31,196 bases of DNA from a virus (lineage: Duplodnaviria > Caudoviricetes): the IMG/VR virus record IMGVR_UViG_3300005100_000005, positions 1-31,196 of that record; one strand, written 5' to 3'. The notes below the pieces were generated by a model. That model was not told the origin of the DNA, searched no databases, and was given only the letters and a program-made list of their open reading frames with translations. Within the stretch, counting starts at the first letter, position 1. Each line of letters begins with the position of its first letter. Shown here piece by piece: positions 18,426-27,100 of this stretch. Position numbers and translations under genes: made by a program.

Positions 18426-19011
18426 TTAACTCTAATATCGCAGAAAGAACTTCATCGCAGAGAACAACATAATCCTCTATCTCGATACTATTTGGAGCTC
18501 TATATGCATTCATGAGATCTCTCGAGATCATCTGCGTGATATTTCGCCCAGAACCAACAGTCCCTATCAGATTACCATTCCGGACCCATGGTGATTTTGT
18601 GACGTCCAGCCACATTGGCCCCGTATCATATTCAGCATGCTCGATAAATCGCCTAGTTGTCATAGACTTCATGACGGCATCATCAGATCTTGCGCACACA
18701 TGCGCTAATATATCATTCTCAAAATCTTTATCTACCATATTTAAAGCAGCTTCTACAGTAGAATGTAAAATAATATCTGCGCACACTTTATTCAAGAACA
18801 CAAATCTTCCATGCTTATCTTTGCCCCACACAGCTATGTCAAGTGTGTCTACAACAAGATTTAATAGCTCGAAGTGATTAAAAGACGCCACCTCAAGCTC
18901 ATCAAGCCTACCAGTGAGCGCCTCAAGATGTTTAATCCCAGAATCCTGAGAAATATCAATTTCAGTAACTGGAAATTTATTATCCTTGAATAATTTTGAG
19001 AAGAGTTTCAT
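18391..19011 (-). CDS. Stand-alone PAS-domain protein
   Basis: VWGKDKHGRFVFLN...DDAVM...WLDVTKSPW..NGNLIGTVGSGRNIT is a PAS_4/PAC pattern. No output domain. Confidence 0.88.
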   Translation of the reverse strand: MKLFSKLFKDNKFPVTEIDISQDSGIKHLEALTGRLDELEVASFNHFELLNLVVDTLDIAVWGKDKHGRFVFLNKVCADIILHSTVEAALNMVDKDFENDILAHVCARSDDAVMKSMTTRRFIEHAEYDTGPMWLDVTKSPWVRNGNLIGTVGSGRNITQMISRDLMNAYRAPNSIEIEDYVVLCDEVLSAILELNEAKNENILRI

Positions 19012-19247
19012 CTAAGAAGCAACTCCACGCTGACTACTAACACTATACTGCCGATAAAACCTGCTGCTGCACCCCACGTCGCCGCATACATCTTTAAACG
19101 CGCTATCTCGACGGCAATCCAAACATCTTTTTCAGCATTATGCTGCTCCATCTTCTCAATGGTCTCATTGAGTCGTTTAAGTTCGGCTAACGTATAGTGC
19201 CGCCACTCACTCCAGCCGTCTGTATTTGATTCGCCTGAAGCCATCAC
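19008..19247 (-). CDS. Coiled-coil plus C-terminal TM protein (XhlA/holin-like)
   Basis: LAELKRLNETIEKME coiled coil followed by hydrophobic AATWGAAAGFIGSIVLVVSV. Confidence 0.65.
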   Translation of the reverse strand: MMASGESNTDGWSEWRHYTLAELKRLNETIEKMEQHNAEKDVWIAVEIARLKMYAATWGAAAGFIGSIVLVVSVELLLR

Positions 19248-19255
19248 ACTACCCC

Positions 19256-19408
19256 CTATTTACAGAGTCCTGCGATCGCCCCGATTGTGATTCCGAAGAC
19301 CGCGTCAATTTGCTCTGTGCCCACGCCAGTGTAAAGCATAACACTGGTTGCGAAGCCCGCAACCACTACCAGGCCCACAACCGCAAATTTAGTGTCAGAG
19401 AACTCCAT
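19256..19408 (-). CDS. 50-aa two-TM membrane protein (holin-like)
   Basis: Hand-translated MEFSDTKFAVVGLVVVAGFATSVMLYTGVGTEQIDAVFGITIGAIAGLCK. GGTGA RBS. Confidence 0.7.
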   Translation of the reverse strand: MEFSDTKFAVVGLVVVAGFATSVMLYTGVGTEQIDAVFGITIGAIAGLCK

Positions 19409-19410
19409 GA

Positions 19411-19548
19411 TCACGTCACCAACATAAACTTCTGCCTTCCATTCTCCATGAATGAAATAACGTGGATCGTTACCGTGTTAGCTATTGCATCAACAGCGGT
19501 TTTTAGATCCGCTGGGCTTGCATAGACTGTCGCTACAAAATCGACCAT
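19411..19548 (-). CDS. 45-aa hypothetical protein
   Basis: Hand-translated MVDFVATVYASPADLKTAVDAIANTVTIHVISFMENGRQKFMLVT. GAGTGA RBS, tightly packed. Confidence 0.7.
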   Translation of the reverse strand: MVDFVATVYASPADLKTAVDAIANTVTIHVISFMENGRQKFMLVT

Positions 19549-19560
19549 TTTAGATCACTC

Positions 19561-19701
19561 TCATGGATTCTCTAATGCATGAATCCTAGTTTCCAGGGAC
19601 TCAAGTTCTGCATCAATCAATCCAAATTCTACAGACAGTTTTTCTGCTAAGGTGCCCTTTCGGTGCCTAAATTCTTTTGCCGTGATAGCTGTATATGCCA
19701 T
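19561..19701 (-). CDS. 46-aa coiled-coil protein
   Basis: Hand-translated MAYTAITAKEFRHRKGTLAEKLSVEFGLIDAELESLETRIHALENP. AGGAGG RBS. Confidence 0.75.
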   Translation of the reverse strand: MAYTAITAKEFRHRKGTLAEKLSVEFGLIDAELESLETRIHALENP

Positions 19702-19750
19702 TTCCTTATTCCTCCTGATATAAATGTACTAGAGATTAGTCCATATAAAT

Positions 19751-19776
19751 AAAAAGTTGAGTGGATACGCCACTCA
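19751..19776 (-). terminator. Hairpin plus T-tract after the major capsid gene
   Basis: Perfect 7-bp stem TGAGTGG/CCACTCA (19758-19776), followed on the minus strand by TTTTTATTT. Confidence 0.7.
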
Positions 19777-19785
19777 TCGTTCCTC

Positions 19786-20763
19786 TTAAATCCCGCTATC
19801 GTAGGTAAGGGACTTGGATTGTATCACTACAGTCTTTGCCTCGTACCAGAACTGGAGAATCTGTTGCTTGGTATCCTTTTCCATGTATGTGTAGAAGTGA
19901 AGACCAAAGTTTGGCGCAGATTTAATGACCGTCTTGCCGTCCACTATCGTTGGGTACTTTATACGCTTCCCAGACAGTGAGAACATTGGGTCATTGAAGA
20001 CGTGCATTTCGCCGCCCAGATTATTCGAGTCCATCCCGAGGACATAACCATCAGACATCCCAACTGTCCGGTGCACGGTTACGTCAGCTTGCTTGACATA
20101 TATCGTGTCACGATTGATCATCTTACCGACTGGTCTCTGATCCTTGAATTGCTCGCCATCTAAGAAATTCAAGTACTCCTTCAATTCATAGAACCCGTCC
20201 TTATTCAGGAACACATCTGAAAGTGCATATGGATATCCATCGTCCTTCTGATCGAAGTCCTGCTGAAGATCCATGAGATCCTTTACAGGAGTTGCAGAAT
20301 CGCTGTCCCAGGTATTGGCTGGTGTCCAGTCCGGTGTGTCTGCTCCAGCTACTAGGGCCGCCAGAATCGCCGTATCCATCTGCTGTGCAAGAATATACCC
20401 TGCCTTCCTGAATGTCCGCTTAATCGCGCTTTCTCCAGCGATTCCTTCACGTACAATGTTCCTTGGTATCGCTACTTCGAAGCCCTTTGCAGAGGTTATC
20501 CCAGCCGCGCTTGAAGGCACGCCAAAATCAATCCTCGGTAGATCTGCTCCGACAATGTGCAGTGGTGCAGTCTGCTTAAGGGCATCTCCACTGGTGCCGT
20601 CGTCATCATACATATAGGTGAATGATGCCTTATCCTCGCGGATTGGCCCCTCAACCCAGTCTGCGAACAACAGATTCGGCTCGAGAACTGCATAAACTTT
20701 TCTGAGGGCAACACCCGGCTGCAAGAAATCTTCAAGATTCTTGCCTAAACTTTGTCCAGTCAT
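19786..20763 (-). CDS. Major capsid protein (HK97 fold inferred)
   Basis: 325 aa, located after the scaffold and decoration genes and followed by a terminator. W....ATPVKDL..L motif. ATG 20763 follows the upstream stop. Confidence 0.8.
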   Translation of the reverse strand: MTGQSLGKNLEDFLQPGVALRKVYAVLEPNLLFADWVEGPIREDKASFTYMYDDDGTSGDALKQTAPLHIVGADLPRIDFGVPSSAAGITSAKGFEVAIPRNIVREGIAGESAIKRTFRKAGYILAQQMDTAILAALVAGADTPDWTPANTWDSDSATPVKDLMDLQQDFDQKDDGYPYALSDVFLNKDGFYELKEYLNFLDGEQFKDQRPVGKMINRDTIYVKQADVTVHRTVGMSDGYVLGMDSNNLGGEMHVFNDPMFSLSGKRIKYPTIVDGKTVIKSAPNFGLHFYTYMEKDTKQQILQFWYEAKTVVIQSKSLTYDSGI

Positions 20764-20765
20764 TT

Positions 20766-21410
20766 TCAGGCCCCCGTCAGAGAGATCATTGGTGCATTGA
20801 TGCCCACAAGGCAATTGACTATGTCAGCAGCCGTGGCATCAGCCCCATAATGGAAGGCGAATATACCTACTCCACCATTCTGGCAAGTGACAAGCTGAAG
20901 TTCAGTCGTGTTGTCATCTGCGTAATCCCCGGTCAGATTGTGTTTCAATTTGGCAGTCTGCCCAACTTCAAAGCCATATGTACCGTCAAGGTACACTTCT
21001 GCTTTCATGATCGCTGTTATGCCGCCATAGATCTCTACCAAGGCTGTTCGGTAGAATCCGCCTGCAAGGCGTTTTGTGAGAGAGTCACCAGCAGCTGTGT
21101 CGTCCGGCATGTTGAATTCGCCAGGCGTAGATACTATCTTGCCGATAACGAATGTTTCGCCATTAACCGCTCGTTCCATTACGGGAGATCCACCGGTATT
21201 TAACCATGTGCATGCGACATCATTCGAGATCGCTACCATATTACCTCTCGCGAGCGGAGTTGCCCACGTGAGAGTCTTTCTGGTCACATTTGCAGAGTCA
21301 AGTACAGTACCAGATGCCACAACGGTAGGTGCGCCTTCGTCAAGGATACAAGGAATTATTGGTCCCTTTGTCGGATATGCGCCTGTGATCCTATCTGAGT
21401 TATCAGTCAT
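20766..21410 (-). CDS. Capsid decoration/cement-like protein
   Basis: 214 aa, Gly/Ala/Thr-rich, between scaffold and capsid genes. Positional inference. Confidence 0.55.
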   Translation of the reverse strand: MTDNSDRITGAYPTKGPIIPCILDEGAPTVVASGTVLDSANVTRKTLTWATPLARGNMVAISNDVACTWLNTGGSPVMERAVNGETFVIGKIVSTPGEFNMPDDTAAGDSLTKRLAGGFYRTALVEIYGGITAIMKAEVYLDGTYGFEVGQTAKLKHNLTGDYADDNTTELQLVTCQNGGVGIFAFHYGADATAADIVNCLVGINAPMISLTGA

Positions 21411-21415
21411 TCAGC

Positions 21416-22444
21416 TCACTCTCCCAGTATGGCCAGGAGCTTAAAATCTTCTGCCTCATTTGAGTCTCCGCCCTGAACGAAACTTGCACCAGACTCACCG
21501 CTTGCGCCGGATTTCTCCGCAAGGAATGATACGAGCTTCAGATTGAATCCCGCAGGATCTTCCATGAATTCTTTCTTCAAGGCATCATGGTCCTCTTTCT
21601 TGTGCACTTTCCCAGGCGGTATGCTCGATACCAGTTTTGTCCACTGATCTTCACTCAACTTCTCAGCCGCAATTTTAGCTTCTTTCTCAAAAACTTCAAG
21701 TTTTGCTGAGGTAGCCTTAAGCAAATCCTCCTGTGATTTCACAGTAGTCTCTGCCTCAGTCAATGAGGATCTCAGGGTCATTATCTCCTTTCTTGCATCC
21801 TCTTGACCACTTTTGGACTCGGCTAATGCCGAAGTCAACTTCATAATGTCATCTGCTTCCATATTCTTTGCCTCCAAGTTGGGGTCTTGAAATGAACCCG
21901 TTCCCGATTCCTCATCTATTGATGAACTTAATTTGAGTTTCAATGCCAAGGCACTAAAAACTTCACTTATGATATTCTTAGAATTTTTTGGAGTGTCATC
22001 CAATGAACTACACCCCATTTCAGCATTGCATGCCGGTTTATAGGGTGGGAAGAGTACAGATAGCCCAAGGCCATCATAGCTCATGACCTTATTATCCTCG
22101 ATCTTAGACATCTTAACCTCAATGCTTCGCCCTGAGGATGCAGGTTGCTTGATGAACTCAGCAGCCGCCTCGCTCACCTTATGATACAGCATTCCATCCT
22201 CAAATTTAGCATCTTCAATCTTGAAGTGCTTAATTTCAGCACTATCCGCATGATTAATGTTGACGTAACCGCCCTTCCATGAGTCAAGATTAGCCTTTAA
22301 TGCATCTTCAGATAAATTTAATGTGACCTTACCGGCTGGCGTCGTCATTATAGCCTTCTGATCGACAGCCGCTACGGGAATCCACTCTGTAACGTCATCG
22401 CCTAAAAACGACTTCAAGATCATTGATTTTGCTATATCAGCCAT
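21416..22444 (-). CDS. Prohead protease-scaffold fusion
   Basis: VNINH, GRSIE and GLSVL...PAC in the N-terminal half (His/Ser protease-like) and a charged coiled-coil C-terminal half. Confidence 0.7.
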   Translation of the reverse strand: MADIAKSMILKSFLGDDVTEWIPVAAVDQKAIMTTPAGKVTLNLSEDALKANLDSWKGGYVNINHADSAEIKHFKIEDAKFEDGMLYHKVSEAAAEFIKQPASSGRSIEVKMSKIEDNKVMSYDGLGLSVLFPPYKPACNAEMGCSSLDDTPKNSKNIISEVFSALALKLKLSSSIDEESGTGSFQDPNLEAKNMEADDIMKLTSALAESKSGQEDARKEIMTLRSSLTEAETTVKSQEDLLKATSAKLEVFEKEAKIAAEKLSEDQWTKLVSSIPPGKVHKKEDHDALKKEFMEDPAGFNLKLVSFLAEKSGASGESGASFVQGGDSNEAEDFKLLAILGE

Positions 22445-22480
22445 AAATTCTATACCTCTGTGTATATGATGTATCCCCTA

Positions 22481-22492
22481 GAATATATATCC
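22481..22492 (-). promoter_or_regulatory. Putative TATA box for the head operon
   Basis: Minus strand GGATATATATTC about 40 nt upstream of ATG 22444, with a GAGGT RBS between. Confidence 0.45.
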
Positions 22493-22506
22493 ACACTCTG
22501 CTTGCC

Positions 22507-22599
22507 TTAATGAGTCTTTTTCTTCTTCTTCTTTTTATCTTCATCTATGAATTTAAATTCTGAGCTATCGCCCACAAATTTTTTCTTTCGGTCTATCAT
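22507..22599 (-). CDS. 30-aa Lys-tailed peptide coupled to the MuF-ART gene
   Basis: Hand-translated MIDRKKKFVGDSSEFKFIDEDKKKKKKKTH. ATGA overlap with the MuF stop and GGAGG just upstream. Confidence 0.55.
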   Translation of the reverse strand: MIDRKKKFVGDSSEFKFIDEDKKKKKKKTH

Positions 22600-25500
22600 G
22601 TTAAGTCCTCCAATGTCATCTCATATTTCCCTTTATTGATCTTTAAAATATTTTTTATCTTGAATGCGGTATTTTTATTAAAGAGTATCTCAAGTTCCTC
22701 TTCAAGAACGGAGAGATCTCCAATAAATGTGCCTTTCTTTGACTCGATCTTCATCAGGACACTGAATTTCTCGCCAAAGATGAATTCATCAGTGATTTCT
22801 TGATTTGCAGATGATGACGTAAATGCCGGCATATGAACTTTATCATGTTCTCCAGCAACTTTTATAAAATCATCAAGATCTTTCTGAGTTCTAAAACGTA
22901 CGCCTCGATAGGACTTCCCATTAAATTTTGGCGCATCTTGCAAGAAATCACTCAGAGCATCAATATCATTTATCGCCTTATTATAAGTAGCCGGAGGTAA
23001 TTTCATTGCCTCAGGTGAATTTATACCGTGTTTCAAGATTTTATTAATATCTTTATAATCCTCTGAAGTATACCTTATTAACGTATTAGCGGATTTCAGT
23101 CTATCTTCTAGATCGAGACTCTTGACATATGCGTTCACCTTATCTTTTTCAGTCGACACATTAAATACTTCAAGACCCTTCACCTTTGTTTCTGATGAAG
23201 CAATACCAAAATTTACCTCTAGCCAATCTTCGTCACAAGTCCACACCTTTCCTTTCTTCACCAACCCAAAATCTTTATAGACAGCCGTAACAAGTTTATC
23301 ATCGACATCAACAAATTCAATCTTCTTCAAGCCTAATTTAACCATATCATCGACATTTGAGTTAACGATCGTATTGCCAAAAAATGGGTCCACTCCTGGA
23401 GTCAATTCAGCATTGACAACCTTTAACGTGTCCCCATCGATAACATGCCTAGACATCCCAAAAATTTTCTGATTCATATCAACGTAAAATTCATCATCTG
23501 GCAAGATATTACCCTTAGTGAATACTTTTGAGTCATGACTCCAACCATTTTTCTTCAAAATCTTAAAAATATCCTCAGGATCAGCAGAATCCGTCAATTC
23601 TGCAACCTTGAATATCTTACGCTGACCCTTGAGATCATTTACAGTCTTCATCTTCTTCATATCCGCAGGATCAATAGCGAATTTCTCAACTATGGGTGGT
23701 TTCTTGACTTCAGGAACTTTCTTGACTTTTTTAGCTGCGGCTACTTTCTTAGTCTTTGTCACCTTTTTAGCGACTACCGTTAAATCTTCTAGCTCAATAT
23801 CAAAATGCTTATCAGAGACCTTTATAATTTTTTTAACCTTGAATCTTGTACCTTTACCAAACAAGACCTCGGTTTCTTCCTTGAAGTCTGAGATGCCGCC
23901 GATATATGATCCGCTCTTAGATTTGATCTTCAATGTAGCAGAATAGGTTTCTCGACCAAAATATTCCGCATCAGTCCTGAGGATTGACGTTGAAGTGAAA
24001 GACGGATTGATCATTTCATCACTATCCACAATATTTTTCATATAACGATCAAATTGCACCTTATCATCGAAGCTAACACCACGATACACTTCACCTTTGA
24101 TTTTTGGAGCGCCTTTCAAATAATCATCTATATTGACAATTTCACGCTTCAAAGTAGTATGCTCCGCAATTGTCATTCGTGCCTTAACCACGTCTGAGTC
24201 AATACCATCACGCAGGGCCTGATTGATGATTTTATACCGGTCTGTCGTGTATGCATTGACCGCTGCCCTGTAATCCTTCACTTTATCTGGATCTGACTTC
24301 TCTAATTTCTTAAGATAACGTGTAATTCTTGAAGTTTCTTTTGCTCTGGAAGTCACAATAAGATCTGTCTTGCCTGAGAGCTCTTTCATCAATCCCAAGT
24401 CTGCCTTAAAAGAAGATTTAATTATCTCTGCCTGCTTCAGCCCAGCTGAATTAAAAAGTTCTATCGCAGAATCACTCCACGCCGTCACATTGATCTCCGT
24501 AGCCGCATTCGCAAGACCATCATCTGCTATGTCTCTTATTACTGCCTTACCATACTGAGGGCCGGTCAATTTTGGATTAATTTCAAGTTCTTTTATCCTT
24601 AACGTTTTACCCTTGATTTCATAACGTGATATTGCAAAAACGTTGCCGTCCTTATCTAGATGAATCACATCACTAGGTGAAATTCCACCCTTGTTGAAGG
24701 TCTTAGCATCTTTCGGCCACCCACGCTTCATTAGCTCGTCCCAATGTGCAGGATCATCATAATCTACGTTTGGAGCAAGTTTGCTAAAATTCGACGTCTT
24801 GATCTGCCGATCAGCCAATTCATCGACAATATCTATTTTTACGCCTGGAGTCTTTGCGACACTTAAACTTTTTTCAGTCAAGTCATCAAGTTCTTTAATG
24901 AGAGTTACTTTTATATCTTTTGCTACTTTCGCGTTTGTCACTATTTTCTCTACTTTTTTAACTTTCGCTATTTTTTTCACTACTGGCGCATATTCTTCCT
25001 CTCCTGGACTCACCCAATCATCTGGGATTATCGGAGCAAAGGTCCGCGTGCAGTTCGGATGTTCAAGTTCATGTGATTTTGCGTAATCCACAGACCATAT
25101 CTGGCCATTCGCTTCTCTGCAAGGCGCATCAAAATCAACACCATCCACAACTCTGACCTGAGCGATATCATTCTTATGGAATCTGTTCAGCGTGGCCTGA
25201 TTTTGGATCGTCGCCGTCTCTGTCCTTGCTATACGGACATACTCAAATTTCTTAGTCCTGATAGCAAGTTTTTCAAGATCATGCGCAACTGTCCCCGGAA
25301 CACTGTGTTTACCCCCGATGCTTGCCACCGGCTTACCTTCGGTGAGTCCTTGCTCAATTATATCATGGACTTCAGCGCGCGTTTCTTCCATTTGGTTAGC
25401 AAGCCAATCGATCCTCTGACCACGGATTACCGTTCCACCGGTCTCTTTGAGTAATTTTTTATATTTTCTGCCAAAAATTAGTGCTTCAGCTTGAACTTCA

Positions 25501-25649
25501 TTCTTGCCGATTGGTATGTGAAGCATTCGGTGCGCTAAAATATCGCCGTCTACATGCGCTTTAATAGCGTTTACTGTAGCCGAGCTTATCAGACTCTGTT
25601 TATAATTTTCAAGCGCCTTGTTAACTGCTTCTTCAGTTGCTTTCTTCAT
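22596..25649 (-). CDS. MuF (SPP1 gp7-like) minor head protein fused to two [GNAT-like + ADP-ribosyltransferase] units
   Basis: MuF motifs RIARTET...C..ANG...HPNC. ART1 has VYRG / FTSTS / EETEVL. ART2 has SYRG / FTSSS / EELEIL. Confidence 0.9.
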   Translation of the reverse strand: MKKATEEAVNKALENYKQSLISSATVNAIKAHVDGDILAHRMLHIPIGKNEVQAEALIFGRKYKKLLKETGGTVIRGQRIDWLANQMEETRAEVHDIIEQGLTEGKPVASIGGKHSVPGTVAHDLEKLAIRTKKFEYVRIARTETATIQNQATLNRFHKNDIAQVRVVDGVDFDAPCREANGQIWSVDYAKSHELEHPNCTRTFAPIIPDDWVSPGEEEYAPVVKKIAKVKKVEKIVTNAKVAKDIKVTLIKELDDLTEKSLSVAKTPGVKIDIVDELADRQIKTSNFSKLAPNVDYDDPAHWDELMKRGWPKDAKTFNKGGISPSDVIHLDKDGNVFAISRYEIKGKTLRIKELEINPKLTGPQYGKAVIRDIADDGLANAATEINVTAWSDSAIELFNSAGLKQAEIIKSSFKADLGLMKELSGKTDLIVTSRAKETSRITRYLKKLEKSDPDKVKDYRAAVNAYTTDRYKIINQALRDGIDSDVVKARMTIAEHTTLKREIVNIDDYLKGAPKIKGEVYRGVSFDDKVQFDRYMKNIVDSDEMINPSFTSTSILRTDAEYFGRETYSATLKIKSKSGSYIGGISDFKEETEVLFGKGTRFKVKKIIKVSDKHFDIELEDLTVVAKKVTKTKKVAAAKKVKKVPEVKKPPIVEKFAIDPADMKKMKTVNDLKGQRKIFKVAELTDSADPEDIFKILKKNGWSHDSKVFTKGNILPDDEFYVDMNQKIFGMSRHVIDGDTLKVVNAELTPGVDPFFGNTIVNSNVDDMVKLGLKKIEFVDVDDKLVTAVYKDFGLVKKGKVWTCDEDWLEVNFGIASSETKVKGLEVFNVSTEKDKVNAYVKSLDLEDRLKSANTLIRYTSEDYKDINKILKHGINSPEAMKLPPATYNKAINDIDALSDFLQDAPKFNGKSYRGVRFRTQKDLDDFIKVAGEHDKVHMPAFTSSSANQEITDEFIFGEKFSVLMKIESKKGTFIGDLSVLEEELEILFNKNTAFKIKNILKINKGKYEMTLEDLT

Positions 25650-27096
25650 CCTCTTTTTCCATAGCGTCTATCAGATCATCCGCAAGTTTTCTGCCGACAG
25701 AAATAATTTCTGCCGCGGCTATATTTATGCTTGTGTTTGTAGCAGAAGTTGCTTTTAAAGCGCTTTCCGCTTTATTTTTTTCTTCTTTTTCCTTTTTTCT
25801 CTTTGCGTCATCGTCATCTCCATCTACTCCTCCAGGCAGTTGTGCTCCGAACGGCATTGCCGGAACATGGCTAGCCCAAAAATCAGCTATCTCTTCTAAT
25901 TCCTCATCCGTTAACTCCTCTTGCCCAAGGAGTGCACGAAGTTCATTCGCTCCAAGTACTTTTCCGCTTCTGCCTTCGGCAGCTCTCTGAATATCTATCT
26001 CAGAGGTATCAATTTCTGGCGCTGGAATCTTTAGACGAACTATGTAATCATCATACCCATTTACGTCAAGAAATCTCTGAAGAATTGCGCTCGCCCAATC
26101 TTCAAGCCCTATATATACTGACTTGATGTTCCGCAGAATCATCAGCATACGCTGGACATCGGAGCCGCCTATTCTCGCCCCATCATTGCCCTGGGAGAGT
26201 AAATCGATCGAAGTCGTGTAATCAATAAGCATTTGATTCAGTGCCTCAACGACTTCAAGATTATTAGCATCATCCTTAATTTTGGGATCGATTAACTCCA
26301 TATTCCCGCGTAGAGGAAAACTGTTATTTTTGCCCCAATATTTCAGGATAAGTCGCCCAGCCTCCAAATCTGATACGCCCTCATTCAGTCCGGATGCTGG
26401 CATTGGATCAGTGATCTTGAGGAATAGTAATTTCGCTCCTACACGGTTCACCTGCTGCATCTGAGTTTTCCAGGTATAGCCTAACATATTGATAATCGGT
26501 ATGAGCGGCAATAAAATCGATGTACCTCCGATCTCATCTGACGTCGGATTCTTGTATATTGTAGCGCTCTTAATCTGGATTGGCTCCTCAAAATCTGCAG
26601 ATGTCTGCCAAAACTCAATCTCGCCATTCTTTCCTAGAATAATCCCAGGCAGCAACTGGCAATATACCGCCTCCTGAGCATTAAATGGCATAACCCCAAA
26701 GGAATGTGCTGGCAGATGGCGCAACTTTAGTAAAGTATATTCATTTTCGACCCAATCCCAGACTTCATTATTGATTGAGCAGCCAAACCTGAATTCGTCC
26801 ACCCACGCCATCTGGATTTTAGCCCATAAGGCAACGTCTGGGGCATCGCACATGCGCATCATAGATAATTCAAGCTTCTCATCTTGATTCCCGCTAGGAT
26901 CAGTGACTTCAAGCGCAAATTTATCGCTAAAAAGCATATTTCTCTGCTTCATCATCAGCCCGCGTGCATACACGTTGTCACTGAGATCAAGAATTTTTTG
27001 TGGAGTGACTTCTGGAGCGACATAATATTCTCCTGTGGATGACAGATATACATCACCTTCTACTCTAGTCTTCATAACTTTCGTATCTTTTGTCAT
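25633..27096 (-). CDS. Portal protein
   Basis: 487 aa between terL and MuF, with C-terminal LGANELRALLG..EL motif. Confidence 0.8.
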   Translation of the reverse strand: MTKDTKVMKTRVEGDVYLSSTGEYYVAPEVTPQKILDLSDNVYARGLMMKQRNMLFSDKFALEVTDPSGNQDEKLELSMMRMCDAPDVALWAKIQMAWVDEFRFGCSINNEVWDWVENEYTLLKLRHLPAHSFGVMPFNAQEAVYCQLLPGIILGKNGEIEFWQTSADFEEPIQIKSATIYKNPTSDEIGGTSILLPLIPIINMLGYTWKTQMQQVNRVGAKLLFLKITDPMPASGLNEGVSDLEAGRLILKYWGKNNSFPLRGNMELIDPKIKDDANNLEVVEALNQMLIDYTTSIDLLSQGNDGARIGGSDVQRMLMILRNIKSVYIGLEDWASAILQRFLDVNGYDDYIVRLKIPAPEIDTSEIDIQRAAEGRSGKVLGANELRALLGQEELTDEELEEIADFWASHVPAMPFGAQLPGGVDGDDDDAKRKKEKEEKNKAESALKATSATNTSINIAAAEIISVGRKLADDLIDAMEKEDEESN

Positions 27097-27100
27097 TTAA

